In this document: positions 1-10,176 of the stretch, in pieces | Numbering within the stretch: position 1 is the first letter of the stretch | Layout: the number at the start of each line of letters is the position of its first letter | Assembly (NCBI GenBank): GCA_963827685.1 | Contig: CAWHBU010000006.1 | Span: 160,001 to 224,000, forward strand | Reading direction: 5' to 3' | Length of the DNA stretch: 64,000 nt | Source: an uncultured delta proteobacterium | GTDB taxonomy: Bacteria > Desulfobacterota > BSN033 > UBA1163 | Made by a program: the position numbers and the translations under genes | The notes under the pieces: generated by a model | Told to the model about the DNA's origin: nothing | Database searches by the model: none | The model's input: the letters and a program-made list of their open reading frames with translations, nothing else

Positions 1-1201
1 CAACGACAAACCCTGTCGCAATGGTGAGCGCCATCAAGGATAAGTTATCCAGGCTGTAGCCAAAGACGTACAACACGCCGAAGGTACCAACGAGAGAGAC
101 CGCAACCGCCACGCCGGGGATAACGGTGGAGCGGACATTTCTCAGAAAGCTGAAGACCACCAAAATCACGAGGCATGCCGAGATGACGAGCGTCAGCTCC
201 ACGTCATGCAGGGAACCGCGAATCGGGGGCGTCCGGTCCTGAACAACCGAAAGTTTGACCCCCCCGGGCATGACCGCCTCAAGCTGCGGGAGCAAGCTGC
301 GGACGCGGTCAACCGTATCAATGATATTCGCATCGGGCTGACGAAAGACGATCACCATCACGGTTGGCCTTCCGTTGACCAGTCCTGCAACGCGCAGATC
401 CTCCACTGAATCCTCAACGTTGGCAACATCTGGCAGCCGCACCGGCGCCCCCGCCCTGTAAGCCACGATGAGGGGCCGGTACTGCTCGGCAACGTGAAGC
501 TGGTCGTCGGTCTGCATCTCCCAGGTTCTCGTCTCATCCGCCAACTGTCCCTTCGGACGGTTTATATTGGTGCTGGTCAGAACACCGCGAACGTCCTCGA
601 GGCTGATCCCGTATTTGTTCAATGCTGTGGGGTTCAGATCCACGCGGACCGCAGGGAGCGCGCCGCCACCCACGAATACCTGGCCGACGCCGTCCACCTG
701 GGATAATTTTTGTTGAAGGATGGTCGAGGCCGCATCGTACATTTGCGCCGTGCTCACCGAGTCGGAAGTAAGTGCTAGGATGAGAATGGGTGCCTCCGCC
801 GGGTTGACTTTGCGGTAGTTCGGTTGGCTCGGGAGAGTCGGCGGCAGGTACCCCCTTGCCGCATTGATTGCTGACTGGACATCCCGTGCAGCCCCGTTGA
901 TGTTGCGGTCCAGATCAAACTGCAGAACGATACTCGTTGAGCCGCGGACACTGGTTGACGTCATTTCAGTCACACCTGCTATCAATCCAAACTGGCGTTC
1001 AAGGGGCGCCGCGACCGATGTTGCCATGGTCTCGGGGTCCGCTCCGGGGAGACTCGCCGACACCTGGATCGTCGGGTAGTCTACGCGAGGAAGAGGCGAC
1101 ACCGGTAGCAAACGAAAGGAAATCGCCCCTGCGAGCGCCAATGCTATCGTCAGAAGAGTCGTCGCAACAGGCCTGTTGATGAAGGTCGCTGAGATGTTCA
1201 T
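1..1201 (-). CDS. mdtC: RND efflux permease MdtC-like, 5' part (runs off window edge)
   Basis: Manual translation from ATG at 1201 gives [25 protein letters not shown]..., a typical MdtB/C N-terminus; ATGA overlap with the mdtB stop. Absent from the ORF track because the window truncates it. Confidence 0.9.
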   Translation of the reverse strand, partial: MNISATFINRPVATTLLTIALALAGAISFRLLPVSPLPRVDYPTIQVSASLPGADPETMATSVAAPLERQFGLIAGVTEMTSTSVRGSTSIVLQFDLDRNINGAARDVQSAINAARGYLPPTLPSQPNYRKVNPAEAPILILALTSDSVSTAQMYDAASTILQQKLSQVDGVGQVFVGGGALPAVRVDLNPTALNKYGISLEDVRGVLTSTNINRPKGQLADETRTWEMQTDDQLHVAEQYRPLIVAYRAGAPVRLPDVANVEDSVEDLRVAGLVNGRPTVMVIVFRQPDANIIDTVDRVRSLLPQLEAVMPGGVKLSVVQDRTPPIRGSLHDVELTLVISACLVILVVFSFLRNVRSTVIPGVAVAVSLVGTFGVLYVFGYSLDNLSLMALTIATGFVV

Positions 1202-4200
1202 GACAAGCTCGTGCGGTTCTCAGGGGCGTTCGTATTTCCAGAACGACCGCCCCGAATACGTCGCGCCAGCCGATCGAACGCAAGATAGATGACCGGCGTC
1301 GTATAGAGGGTGAGCATCTGGCTGATAATGAGGCCGCCAACGATAGAGATACCGAGGGGATGGCGAAGCTCAGAACCCACTCCTGTGCCCAGCGCTAATG
1401 GTAGTGCCCCAAGCAGCGCGGCCATCGTCGTCATCATGATAGGACGGAATCGCAAAAGACTGGCCTGGTAGATCGCGTCGACGGGGCTTTTGCCCTCCTT
1501 GCGTTCAGCGTCCAGTGCAAAATCGACTATCATGATGCCGTTTTTCTTCACGATGCCGATCAAAAGAATGATGCCGATCACGGCAATGACGGAGAGCTCT
1601 GTGCGAAAGAGCAAGAGGGCGAGCACCGCTCCTACACCGGCGGAAGGGAGTGTTGACAGGATTGTGATCGGATGGATGTAGCTCTCATAGAGGACCCCGA
1701 GTACAATGTAGACCGTCACGAGCGCTGCCAGGATCAAAAGCGGTTCGTTGGTCAGAGAGGCCTGGAAGGCCTGGGCCGTGCCCTGGAAGCTACCCTGGAT
1801 ACTTGCGGGTAGACCCATCTGCTGTGTGGCCGACTCCACGGCCTTTAATGCCTTTCCAAGGGATACCCCGGGGGCCAGGTTGAAGGAGACTGTCACTGCC
1901 GGAAACTGGCCTTGGCGGCTGATGAGGAGCGGTCCTGTTGTCTCTGAAACCTTGACAATCCCGGTCAGTGGCACCTGTCCACCGGCTGTACTCCGTAGAT
2001 AGATCGTCTGCAATGAACCGGGACCTTGTTGAAAGTCAGGCTTGACAGCCAGGACAACACGGTACTGGTTCAACTGCGTGAACATTGTGGAGACCTGGCG
2101 CTGACCAAAAGCGTCGTAAAGGATGTCATCAATAAGCTGAGGAGTGATGCCGAGCCGAGAGGCGGTACTTCGGTCCATGGCCACTGACACCCGCAGCCCT
2201 TTGTTCTGCTGGTCACTACTCACATCACCAAGCTCTGGCTGTTTACGTAGCGTCTCGACAAGTCTGGGAGCAAAGCTGTTCAGCTCATCGATATCTGGAT
2301 CCTCCAGCGCATAGTCGTACTGAGTCCGGCTAACGCGAGTGTCGACAGTGAGATCTTGCACCGGCTGCATGAAGAGCGTGATCCCTTCGACCTTTGCCAG
2401 TTCCCGCTGAAGTCGCAAGACGATCTCAGTGGCGCTCACCTTTCGTTCCTCCAGGGGTTTCAGGTTGATAAGGATGCGCCCGCTGTTGAGCGTGGTATTG
2501 GTTCCATCCACACCGATGAAAGAAGACAGACTCTCAACCGCTGGATCTTTTAGGATCACACGGGCGAGTGCCTGCTGCTGCTTCGCCATGCCCAGAAATG
2601 AGATCGATTGAGGCGCTTCCGAAATACCGAGAATGACGCCGGTATCCTGGATGGGAAAAAATCCTTTTGGCACGACAATGTATAACAATACCGTGAGCAC
2701 CAGGGTCGCTACCAGCCACCAGGAGTGTCGGCTTCTGATGTCTCAGCACCCATTGGAGTGTCTTCCCGTAGGACTGGATGACCCTGTCGAAGACCCGCTG
2801 GGAGGCACGAAAGAACCTTCCCTGCCGCTCCTCAGGGGTGTGCTTCAGGATCCTTGCACACATCATCGGCGTCAGTGTCAGCGATACGACTGCTGAGATG
2901 AGGATCGTCACACCGAGAGTGACAGCGAACTCTCGGAACAGCCGCCCCACGACCTCGCGCATAAAGAGGAGAGGAATGAGCACGGCGATCAGCGAAACGG
3001 TCAGGGATAGGATGGTAAAACCTATCTGTTTGGAGCCCTTCAGGGCCGCCTCAAGCGGTGAATCTCCCTGCTCAACGTATCTGGCGATATTCTCAATCAT
3101 GACGATGGCATCGTCCACGACGAAGCCTGTTGAGATGGTAAGGGCCATCAGCGAAAGGTTGTTGAGGCTGAACCCTAACAAGTACATCACGCCGAAAGTG
3201 CCCACAAGCGATAAAGGGACGGCCACGCTGGGGATGACCGTTGCAGCCATGCTGCGAAGAAACAGAAACATGACCAGCACGACCAAAACAACAGCCAACA
3301 TCAGCTCGAACTGAACGTCTCTGACGGAGGCGCGGATGGTTGTGGTGCGGTCGGTCAACACCGAAACTTTCACGGAGGGAGGCAAAGAGCTTTGGAGTTG
3401 TGGTAAAAGCCTCTTGATCCTATCCACGACCGCGATCACGTTTGCGCCTGGTTGTCGTTGGATGTTGACAATCACCGCAGGAGTATTGTTCATCCAGGCT
3501 GCCTGTTTCACGTTCTCGACATCGTCGATCGCCTCGGCGACATCAGACAGTCGCACCGGCGCACCGTTACGATAGGCGACGACCAGTGGCCGATACTCGC
3601 TGCTCGAAAAGAGCTGATCGTTGGCACCAATGTTGTAGGACTGTCGCGGGCCGTCGAAGTTACCCTTGGCTTGATTGACATTGGCAGCTGAGATGACACC
3701 TCTCAGGTCTTCGAGGGTCAACCCGTAAGCAGCCAATGCGGCCGGATTGGCGTGAATCCTAACTGCCGGTCTTTGACCGCCGCTGATGCTGACGAGTCCC
3801 ACGCCCGGAAGCTGCGAGATCTTTTGCCCAAACCGCGTGTCCGCCAGATCTTCCACTTGGAAAAGTGGTAGCGTGTCCGAAGTCAACGCCAGGGTCAGGA
3901 TCGGCGCGTCTGCCGGGTTTACTTTGCTGTAAACGGGTGGAGTTGGAAGATCTGTCGGCAGAAACGTGAAGGCGGCATTGATGGCCGCCTGCACCTGCTG
4001 TTCGGCGACGTCCAAGCTAAGGTCTAAACTGAATTGGAGCGTAATGATCGAGCTGCCGCTGGAGCTTGTCGAAGTCATCTGAGTCAGACCCGGCATCTGA
4101 CCGAACTGGCGCTCCAGCGGAGCCGTCACGGAGGAAGCCATGACTTCGGGACTGGCACCCGGGAAAAAAGTGCGCACCTGGATGACCGGATAGTCCACCG

Positions 4201-4315
4201 TGGGCAAGGCAGATACCGCTAACTGGTTGTATGCTACAAAGCCAGCCAGAATGATAGCAACCATCAGCAGGGTCGTTGCAACCGGCCGCAAGATGAAGGT
4301 ACGAGAAATATTCAT
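1198..4315 (-). pseudogene. mdtB: RND efflux permease MdtB-like, split by a single +1 frameshift near 2713 (real or sequencing error)
   Basis: ORF 2534..4315 ([17 protein letters not shown]) and ORF 1198..2700 (..[24 protein letters not shown]) are two halves of one protein; removing one base in GCT-G-GTA restores [26 protein letters not shown]. Confidence 0.88.
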
Positions 4316-5547
4316 CAGTAGCCCTTTTGCTGGGTATCGGCGTTCTGCGTCGTGCCGCCGCTTTGAGCTTTTAACTCCACCCTGGTACCTTCCCTCAGCC
4401 TCTCTGCACCATCGACCACAACGAACTCGCCAGGTGACAGGCCTGTCTTGATGGACACTTCGCCTCCCTGGATTTCAGCAACAGTGATCGGTCGAACCGT
4501 GGCTGTCCGGTCAGCCTTCACCACATAGACGAATGTGCCCTGGGGACCTCGTTGAATGGCGGGTGCCGGGACGACCGTAGCGTCACGCCTGACGTCCACG
4601 AGCAGGCGCGCATTGACAAACTGGTTGGGGAACAGCTCCTTCTTTTCGTTTGAAAAGATCGCCTTGAGGCGCACCGTCCCTGTGGCTGGATCGATCTGAT
4701 TGTCGACGGTCAAAAGGGACCCTACAGCAAGTTTTTGCTTCATCTCGCGATCATACGCCTCGACGGGCAAACGCTCCCCTGTTTTAAGTCTGGCGAGGAC
4801 CTGCGGCAGGCTATCCTCGGGAATAGGAAAGATGACCGTAATGGGCTGAAGCTGCGTGATCACCACAAGCCCGTTGACATCGCTAGCATGAACAATGTTA
4901 CCAGGGTCGACGAGACGCAAGCCGACCCGCCCGCTGATCGGTGCGGTGATCTGGCAGTAAACGAGCTGCAGCTTGGCGCTATCGATCTGGCCCTGATCGG
5001 TCTTGATCGCACCTTCAAGCTGGCGGACCAGAGCCTCCTGGGTGTCCAGCTGCTGCTTTGAAACTGAATCCTGGGCCCATAGCACACGGAACCGCTCCAG
5101 GTCGAGCTGAGCATTCTTGAGCTGCGCCACATCTCGGGCCATCTGCCCCTCGGCTTGGGTCAATTGCACTTCGAAGGGCCGAGGATCGATTTTGGCGAGC
5201 TGTTCTCCGAGGCTCACGATCTGACCCTCCCGGAATAAGACCTCCATCAGCTGTCCGTCAACACGAGTCCTCACAGTGACCGTATAGACTGGAGTGACCG
5301 AGCCGAGTCCGGTGATATACACATTAAAGCCGGTCTTCTTGGCTTCCACTGCCACAACCGGGATGCCGGGGGTGGAAGGAACCTGCCCTTGCTTGGTGGC
5401 GCGCGATTGGCCCTTGATGAAGAAGACGTACGCCCCGATGGCTATCAGACAGATTACCAGCAACACAATCCACCAGTGCCTGAGCCACCAACCACCGCGA
5501 GTCCCCTTCGACATATCGTTCTTCTTGACTTCTGGCGTGAACGTCAT
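4315..5547 (-). CDS. mdtA: RND periplasmic adaptor (membrane fusion protein) MdtA-like
   Basis: N-terminal TM helix, [38 protein letters not shown]; first gene of the mdtABC order. Confidence 0.92.
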   Translation of the reverse strand: MTFTPEVKKNDMSKGTRGGWWLRHWWIVLLVICLIAIGAYVFFIKGQSRATKQGQVPSTPGIPVVAVEAKKTGFNVYITGLGSVTPVYTVTVRTRVDGQLMEVLFREGQIVSLGEQLAKIDPRPFEVQLTQAEGQMARDVAQLKNAQLDLERFRVLWAQDSVSKQQLDTQEALVRQLEGAIKTDQGQIDSAKLQLVYCQITAPISGRVGLRLVDPGNIVHASDVNGLVVITQLQPITVIFPIPEDSLPQVLARLKTGERLPVEAYDREMKQKLAVGSLLTVDNQIDPATGTVRLKAIFSNEKKELFPNQFVNARLLVDVRRDATVVPAPAIQRGPQGTFVYVVKADRTATVRPITVAEIQGGEVSIKTGLSPGEFVVVDGAERLREGTRVELKAQSGGTTQNADTQQKGY

Positions 5548-5966
5548 AGTTATGGCCTCACAAAGAATGATTCTGATTCCATTTGGTGATCATGCATATC
5601 ATATATGTGCTTCGTCCCCGTCACAAGCAGAACAATTCGCCACAAATTTACTGATCTCGCATTTATCATGCCTTAGATTAGTAAATCTGAGCAAAAAATC
5701 TATAGAGCGAAGTAAGTATTTTTCACTTAAATAGATATTACTTAACAAGGTTCTCCTCACCTTGTCAATCGACAACTCCTTCACGATCACGCCGAAAATC
5801 ACAGAGTAAAGGAACTGAAATTTCTTTCTAAGACTGGGGGCTATATTGATCTCATGCGTGAAATGATACTGGATCCAGGATGAGGCGTCTACCAATGAAC
5901 TCTAAACAATGACGGAATCAATCAGGAAGACGTAATGCCAACTTGGATTGCCGATTGCATACGGAA

Positions 5967-8372
5967 CTATTTCCATCCATTCGTAACAATCCCTTTTGCC
6001 TCTCTGTAAGGGTATTTTCTTACGAGTTCTGCAACAGGCATTTCCTGATCTCCTTCACGCATGAAGTGAATGAGAACGACGGATGCCCAATAATCATTAT
6101 AGTAATCCGTCCCACTTAGCTGAACTGGAATCCCCTTCTTATTGACGGTATGACACGCTGCGCACGTCACTGGTCCAGGATATTTCCCGTCCGGGCTGAA
6201 CTGTAATGCCTGCTCATGCGATGTCTGATCTACTGTTTCCCTTGTCCCTTCATATCGGACCGGATATAAGCCATGCATAGATTGATGGCATGACTGGCAC
6301 GCAACAAGCCCGTGTGCTTTCGAGTATCGATAGAGTGAGTACTTGCTCGGCTGATCGATAGGGAAGTATCTTCCTCCTTCGCTTTCTACAAATGGGGCCG
6401 CATGGCAGTCGGCGCAATGGGGCACGCCTGGCGAGAACCACCAGTCTTTGCCTGCCGATGCGGATGCATACGTAACGGCTTTCCCCTGTCTTGCGTTCCA
6501 TGGAAGGGGGACTGCTTTCCCATTTTTATCTTTTATGATCCGTGAGAGTGTTACTTCCTCATGCTTTGCGTAATACATATATAAGGGGTTTCCCGAGGCG
6601 TCCACAATAGGGTCAGTAAAAAAGATCCTGAATTTTCCGCTATCTCCACCGGCCAACACCTTGATGATCTCTCCGATAGGTTTATTCCTCAAGGTTTTCC
6701 CTTGCTGTGAAGCAGCATCCTTGAGATCGTCATATCCGTAGAGTGCATGGGTCAGATGGTTGTGACAGTTTGTGCAGTAGAGCCCCCTCAATTGTTTCAC
6801 TGGTTTTCGGTTTTCATCTTTCAGGCTCACTTCGTTAAGGTACCATCTCCCTACTTCGTTGAGGAAAAACGGTGGCTTCACATCAGGATTTGTATGCGCG
6901 TCCCTCCGCAGATAACAACCTCCTCCGGAAGTCCTGAGGTCAGAATCGGAGAACCGAGGATTGCCCTGCTCATCTGTTATCTGGTATGGATTTGTTTTGA
7001 GGTCGTTCATCTTTTCATTCTGCCAGTGAGTAGGATGACATGCCTGGCAACTCTGCGTCCTCCCGGCCTTGTCAGGCATGGGGATAAATCTCGTATGTAC
7101 GGAATGGACCGCTTCTGTAAGCGGTTTCCCCTTCATGGCCACATACCCGGTTGCACCAGGTCTCGGAGACTGCAAATTCCCAGACATATTATCACCATGA
7201 CAATCGGCACAGTATACCGATCCAGCGCCTCCAAGTCTGTTCGATGCTGCATTAGGGTCATAGAACTTTAAGAAGCTTGTCTTGTGGTTTTTGTCATGGA
7301 GCTCAAGGATATTAATCGTTGTTGTGGCAAGTCTCGCAATATATTCGCTTGTGTCAGGATATTTCGTTTTCCAGTAGGTATATTCTTCATCAAAGAGAGA
7401 CAGCCCGCTTTGTCTCGAAAATCTCGCAGCTATCCCCTGTCCGGAATGACAGTAGGAGCAGTTCGAAATATCCACCGGTTCCGTTCCGAAGAATTCTACG
7501 GTCTTCCCATCCATCGTCAACGGTGTTCCCTTTGTATCCCGTAACTGAACCATTGCATACTGATAGGGCTGGAAATCACGATCCGTTATCGTCCGTATGG
7601 TCCCCATTCTCTTGCTGTCATTGAATGCCGTCAAAGGCAACCCCAGCGCATCCCAGAGGTACGATGAGGTGAGCTTGAGAGGAATATCCTTGATTTCCGG
7701 TATCATTGAATCCGTGAAAACGATATTACCTCCTTTTTCTTTGGTGTAGTCCATGTAACCGCCAGCGAGAGGTTTCCCCGATGGGCCTGAATCAATGTTC
7801 ACAGGGATCTCCTTGCCTATGTGGAGCCTTTTTGCTTTATCGGGATTCTCAGGTATTGTGCCTTCCAGATCCCTATAGATGAACAGGTGGTCCCATACAT
7901 AATTTGCCATGTTGTCGTTGGGATTATTCATCGCTCCCTTTCCGCTTACATCTTTCAGCACCTGCCAGTATTTCATCTTGTTTCCTTCACTGTAGCTGTT
8001 GTCTTTTACTGTATAGTGGAGTTTCACTTTCTCATCCGGGGATAACAGGCGGGGTTTTTCGCCACGAGTACCTGATCGGACAGCCTGGGCCTGAATGCTG
8101 TTATAAGGAGGGATAATACAGCAATAAGATATATCGAACCCGACACAGTGCATGCCCAGTTCATAGTTGATGAAAATATTGTAAGGGTTTTTCGGATGAT
8201 AAACAGCCGTCTCTCTTCCCGGGGCATCTGTTTTCATCTTTACAGATTTAAGTAGATCCAGCTTGAATGGCGGGTTACCATCGTAAGCCTTCTCATCCGT
8301 CACTGCTTTTGTTATGAAGATTACGAGCAGTATTGCCGCAAAGAAAAAAAATAGACCCGTGAACCTTTTCAT
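5967..8372 (-). CDS. Large secreted multiheme (7 CxxCH) c-type cytochrome
   Basis: Signal/TM N-terminus MKRFTGLFFFFAAILLVIF (likely start 8372); motifs CSYCH, CADCH, CQACH, CTNCH, CADCH, CQSCH, CAACH; N-terminal ELGMHC..PPYN segment. Confidence 0.85.
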   Translation of the reverse strand: MKRFTGLFFFFAAILLVIFITKAVTDEKAYDGNPPFKLDLLKSVKMKTDAPGRETAVYHPKNPYNIFINYELGMHCVGFDISYCCIIPPYNSIQAQAVRSGTRGEKPRLLSPDEKVKLHYTVKDNSYSEGNKMKYWQVLKDVSGKGAMNNPNDNMANYVWDHLFIYRDLEGTIPENPDKAKRLHIGKEIPVNIDSGPSGKPLAGGYMDYTKEKGGNIVFTDSMIPEIKDIPLKLTSSYLWDALGLPLTAFNDSKRMGTIRTITDRDFQPYQYAMVQLRDTKGTPLTMDGKTVEFFGTEPVDISNCSYCHSGQGIAARFSRQSGLSLFDEEYTYWKTKYPDTSEYIARLATTTINILELHDKNHKTSFLKFYDPNAASNRLGGAGSVYCADCHGDNMSGNLQSPRPGATGYVAMKGKPLTEAVHSVHTRFIPMPDKAGRTQSCQACHPTHWQNEKMNDLKTNPYQITDEQGNPRFSDSDLRTSGGGCYLRRDAHTNPDVKPPFFLNEVGRWYLNEVSLKDENRKPVKQLRGLYCTNCHNHLTHALYGYDDLKDAASQQGKTLRNKPIGEIIKVLAGGDSGKFRIFFTDPIVDASGNPLYMYYAKHEEVTLSRIIKDKNGKAVPLPWNARQGKAVTYASASAGKDWWFSPGVPHCADCHAAPFVESEGGRYFPIDQPSKYSLYRYSKAHGLVACQSCHQSMHGLYPVRYEGTRETVDQTSHEQALQFSPDGKYPGPVTCAACHTVNKKGIPVQLSGTDYYNDYWASVVLIHFMREGDQEMPVAELVRKYPYREAKGIVTNGWK

Positions 8373-8496
8373 ACAATCGCATTTCCTCCCGCCAATAGCG
8401 AAAAATCGACCCGGACTTCTCAAGCCTTAACGCTACTCAAGTTCGCCTGAGGAGTAAATAAGGTGAATACCGTATTTTATGAAGAAATGGAACCTA

Positions 8497-8518
8497 TTTT
8501 GAGACCGACGTCTCAAAA
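8497..8518. promoter_or_regulatory. Perfect 9-bp inverted repeat upstream of the cytochrome gene, possible operator
   Basis: TTTTGAGAC-cgac-GTCTCAAAA. Confidence 0.35.
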
Positions 8519-8544
8519 AGACTGAATTGGTCTAGCCCAAAACA

Positions 8545-8574
8545 AAAAAGCCCTGATCAATAACCAGGGCTTTT
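8545..8574 (-). terminator. Intrinsic terminator downstream of the displaced tmRNA 3' fragment
   Basis: AAAAGCCCTG-atcaataac-CAGGGCTTTT hairpin flanked by A/T runs. Confidence 0.7.
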
Positions 8575-8585
8575 GCAAGCCAAAT

Positions 8586-8613
8586 TGGTGGAGGCGGCGG
8601 GAATCGAACCCGC
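8586..8613 (-). repeat. Attachment site: displaced copy of the last 28 nt of tmRNA
   Basis: TGGTGGAGGCGGCGGGAATCGAACCCGC, identical to 45779-45806. Confidence 0.95.
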
Positions 8614-8668
8614 AACCGCTTTTACAATTATAGGTAAATACAAGGATTTCTTCAATGCGCAAATTGCC

Positions 8669-8686
8669 GGAGAACGTGTGGAGAAC
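8669..8686 (+). repeat. Putative integrase arm-type binding sites (left)
   Basis: GGAGAAC-gtgt-GGAGAAC (11-bp period), same arrangement at 45699-45716. Confidence 0.7.
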
Positions 8687-8706
8687 GCCTTTCTATTGTT
8701 TACCCT

Positions 8707-9851
8707 TCATGTCTTCTTCTCCGGAAAAACAGCCCTGAGGGTATCCACACCGACCCTGGCGTAGCGTTTCGTCATGGTCCTCCTTGTGTGTGCCCGAGGA
8801 ATTCCTGAACGACATCCATCCCCACCCGGTTCACAGCTTCCGTTGCCGATGAATGACGTGTCCCCTGGTACAGAGAGATGTCGATTCCCATCTCAGCCGT
8901 GATTCTATTCCATAGTTTCCGCGCATAGGATTCAGAGTATGGATGCCCGTCTTTTTGAAACACGAATGGCGATCTTATGTGGCGCGGCAGTTTCAGAAGA
9001 GTGTCCCTGACTTCGATATTCAATGGGAGGATTTTGATCCGTTTCGACTTCGTTGTTTCTCGCAGCTCGTTAAGGGAAAAGTGCCTTCGAATGGTGACGC
9101 GATCGTGTTTGAAATCAAGATCTTCCCAGAATAGAGCTCTTGTCTCGGAAGGCCTGACCATTTGGCGAGCTGTAAAAAGTACATAGGCGCGATCCATCGG
9201 ATCTTGAATCAACGATATGATCTGATGTTGCTGATCCAGGTCAATCGTCCTGAAATCGGCCTCTGGAATCTCGAACTCGGGGAACTTGGGCATCGTCGAA
9301 ATATCACCATAGTCCAGGGCATCGGTCATCATCTTGTGAAGTGCCGAGAGGACATTTGATGTGTATTTGGGGGATCCCTGGAGAGATAAATAGAACTCCT
9401 TCACCCTGCGTGTGCCGATGTCACGGATGTCCATTGACCCGAAATGCTCCTGAAAGATTCTCACGAATCGCCGCAGCTCCTTCAGGTAGGATGGAGAAAG
9501 AACTCTCTTCTCGACCTCGGTCTCTCGATCCTTCAGCCACTTCTTCGCGTAGTTTGTGACCTGGAGGGGTCTCAACTTCATGGGCACGTAGCGTGACGGA
9601 TCGAAGGATCCCGCGTCGATCTCGGCCCTGATCTTGGTCAGAATGCGGTTCACTTGCTCATAGGACGAAAACGGAGTCCCGCGGCTATCGCTATAGAGCT
9701 TCATGTGCTTTCCAAGTTCTTTACTATAGAGAACCAAGTAAAATCGCCGCGGGCGAGTCTGATGAATGGGACATAGAAGATCATTCTCAGTTCTGACAAA
9801 TTTTCCCCCGCAGACAGGACATCTCTCTTTAGTATAGATTCCACCCTTCAT
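8707..9851 (-). pseudogene. Tyrosine recombinase/integrase with a C-terminal frameshift removing the catalytic Tyr
   Basis: Motifs RPSE, K, YQGTRHS, LGH; ORF stops at GHTQGGP*. Deleting one CA from the (CA)4 run at 8785-8792 gives GHTRRTMTKRYARVGVDTLRAVFPEKKT* (stop at 8707). Likely start MKGGIYTKERCPVC at 9851. Confidence 0.88.
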
Positions 9852-10053
9852 ACAAAGATCTCCCCTTCCTTTTTGAAGAGGTTTTATTTTATCGCTAAAT
9901 TGGGCGGAAAGCAACTGAATCATAATCTGTTATGCCAACCCTCAATTAGTTTGATTTCTGAAATCTTAATTCTGGGCTTCCTTCAATAGGCCCTGGTCAT
10001 TAATTTCTTCCGAGAACACGATCCTGTAATCGGGGAATGCCCCTTTTAACCAG

Positions 10054-10075
10054 AATTACTGATCATACCCGGTCA
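10054..10075 (-). promoter_or_regulatory. Element-specific motif TGACC-N9-CAGTAATT, copy upstream of the integrase
   Basis: Reverse complement TGACCGGGTATGATCAGTAATT, one mismatch to the copy at 12205-12226. Confidence 0.65.
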
Positions 10076-10176
10076 GTCATTTCTTATTGAGATTTGCTTC
10101 CCAGGCTTAAGAGTATTGAGATATCAGGGTTGATTTGTGAGAAAAGTCGGATTATTCTGATGATAGGACGGATCTT

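Noticed and set aside
8573-8764. 63-aa ORF MQAKLVEAAGIEPA.. and an apparent tRNA fragment
   Set aside because: It is the reverse-strand reading of the duplicated tmRNA 3' end (att site), neither a gene nor a full tRNA.
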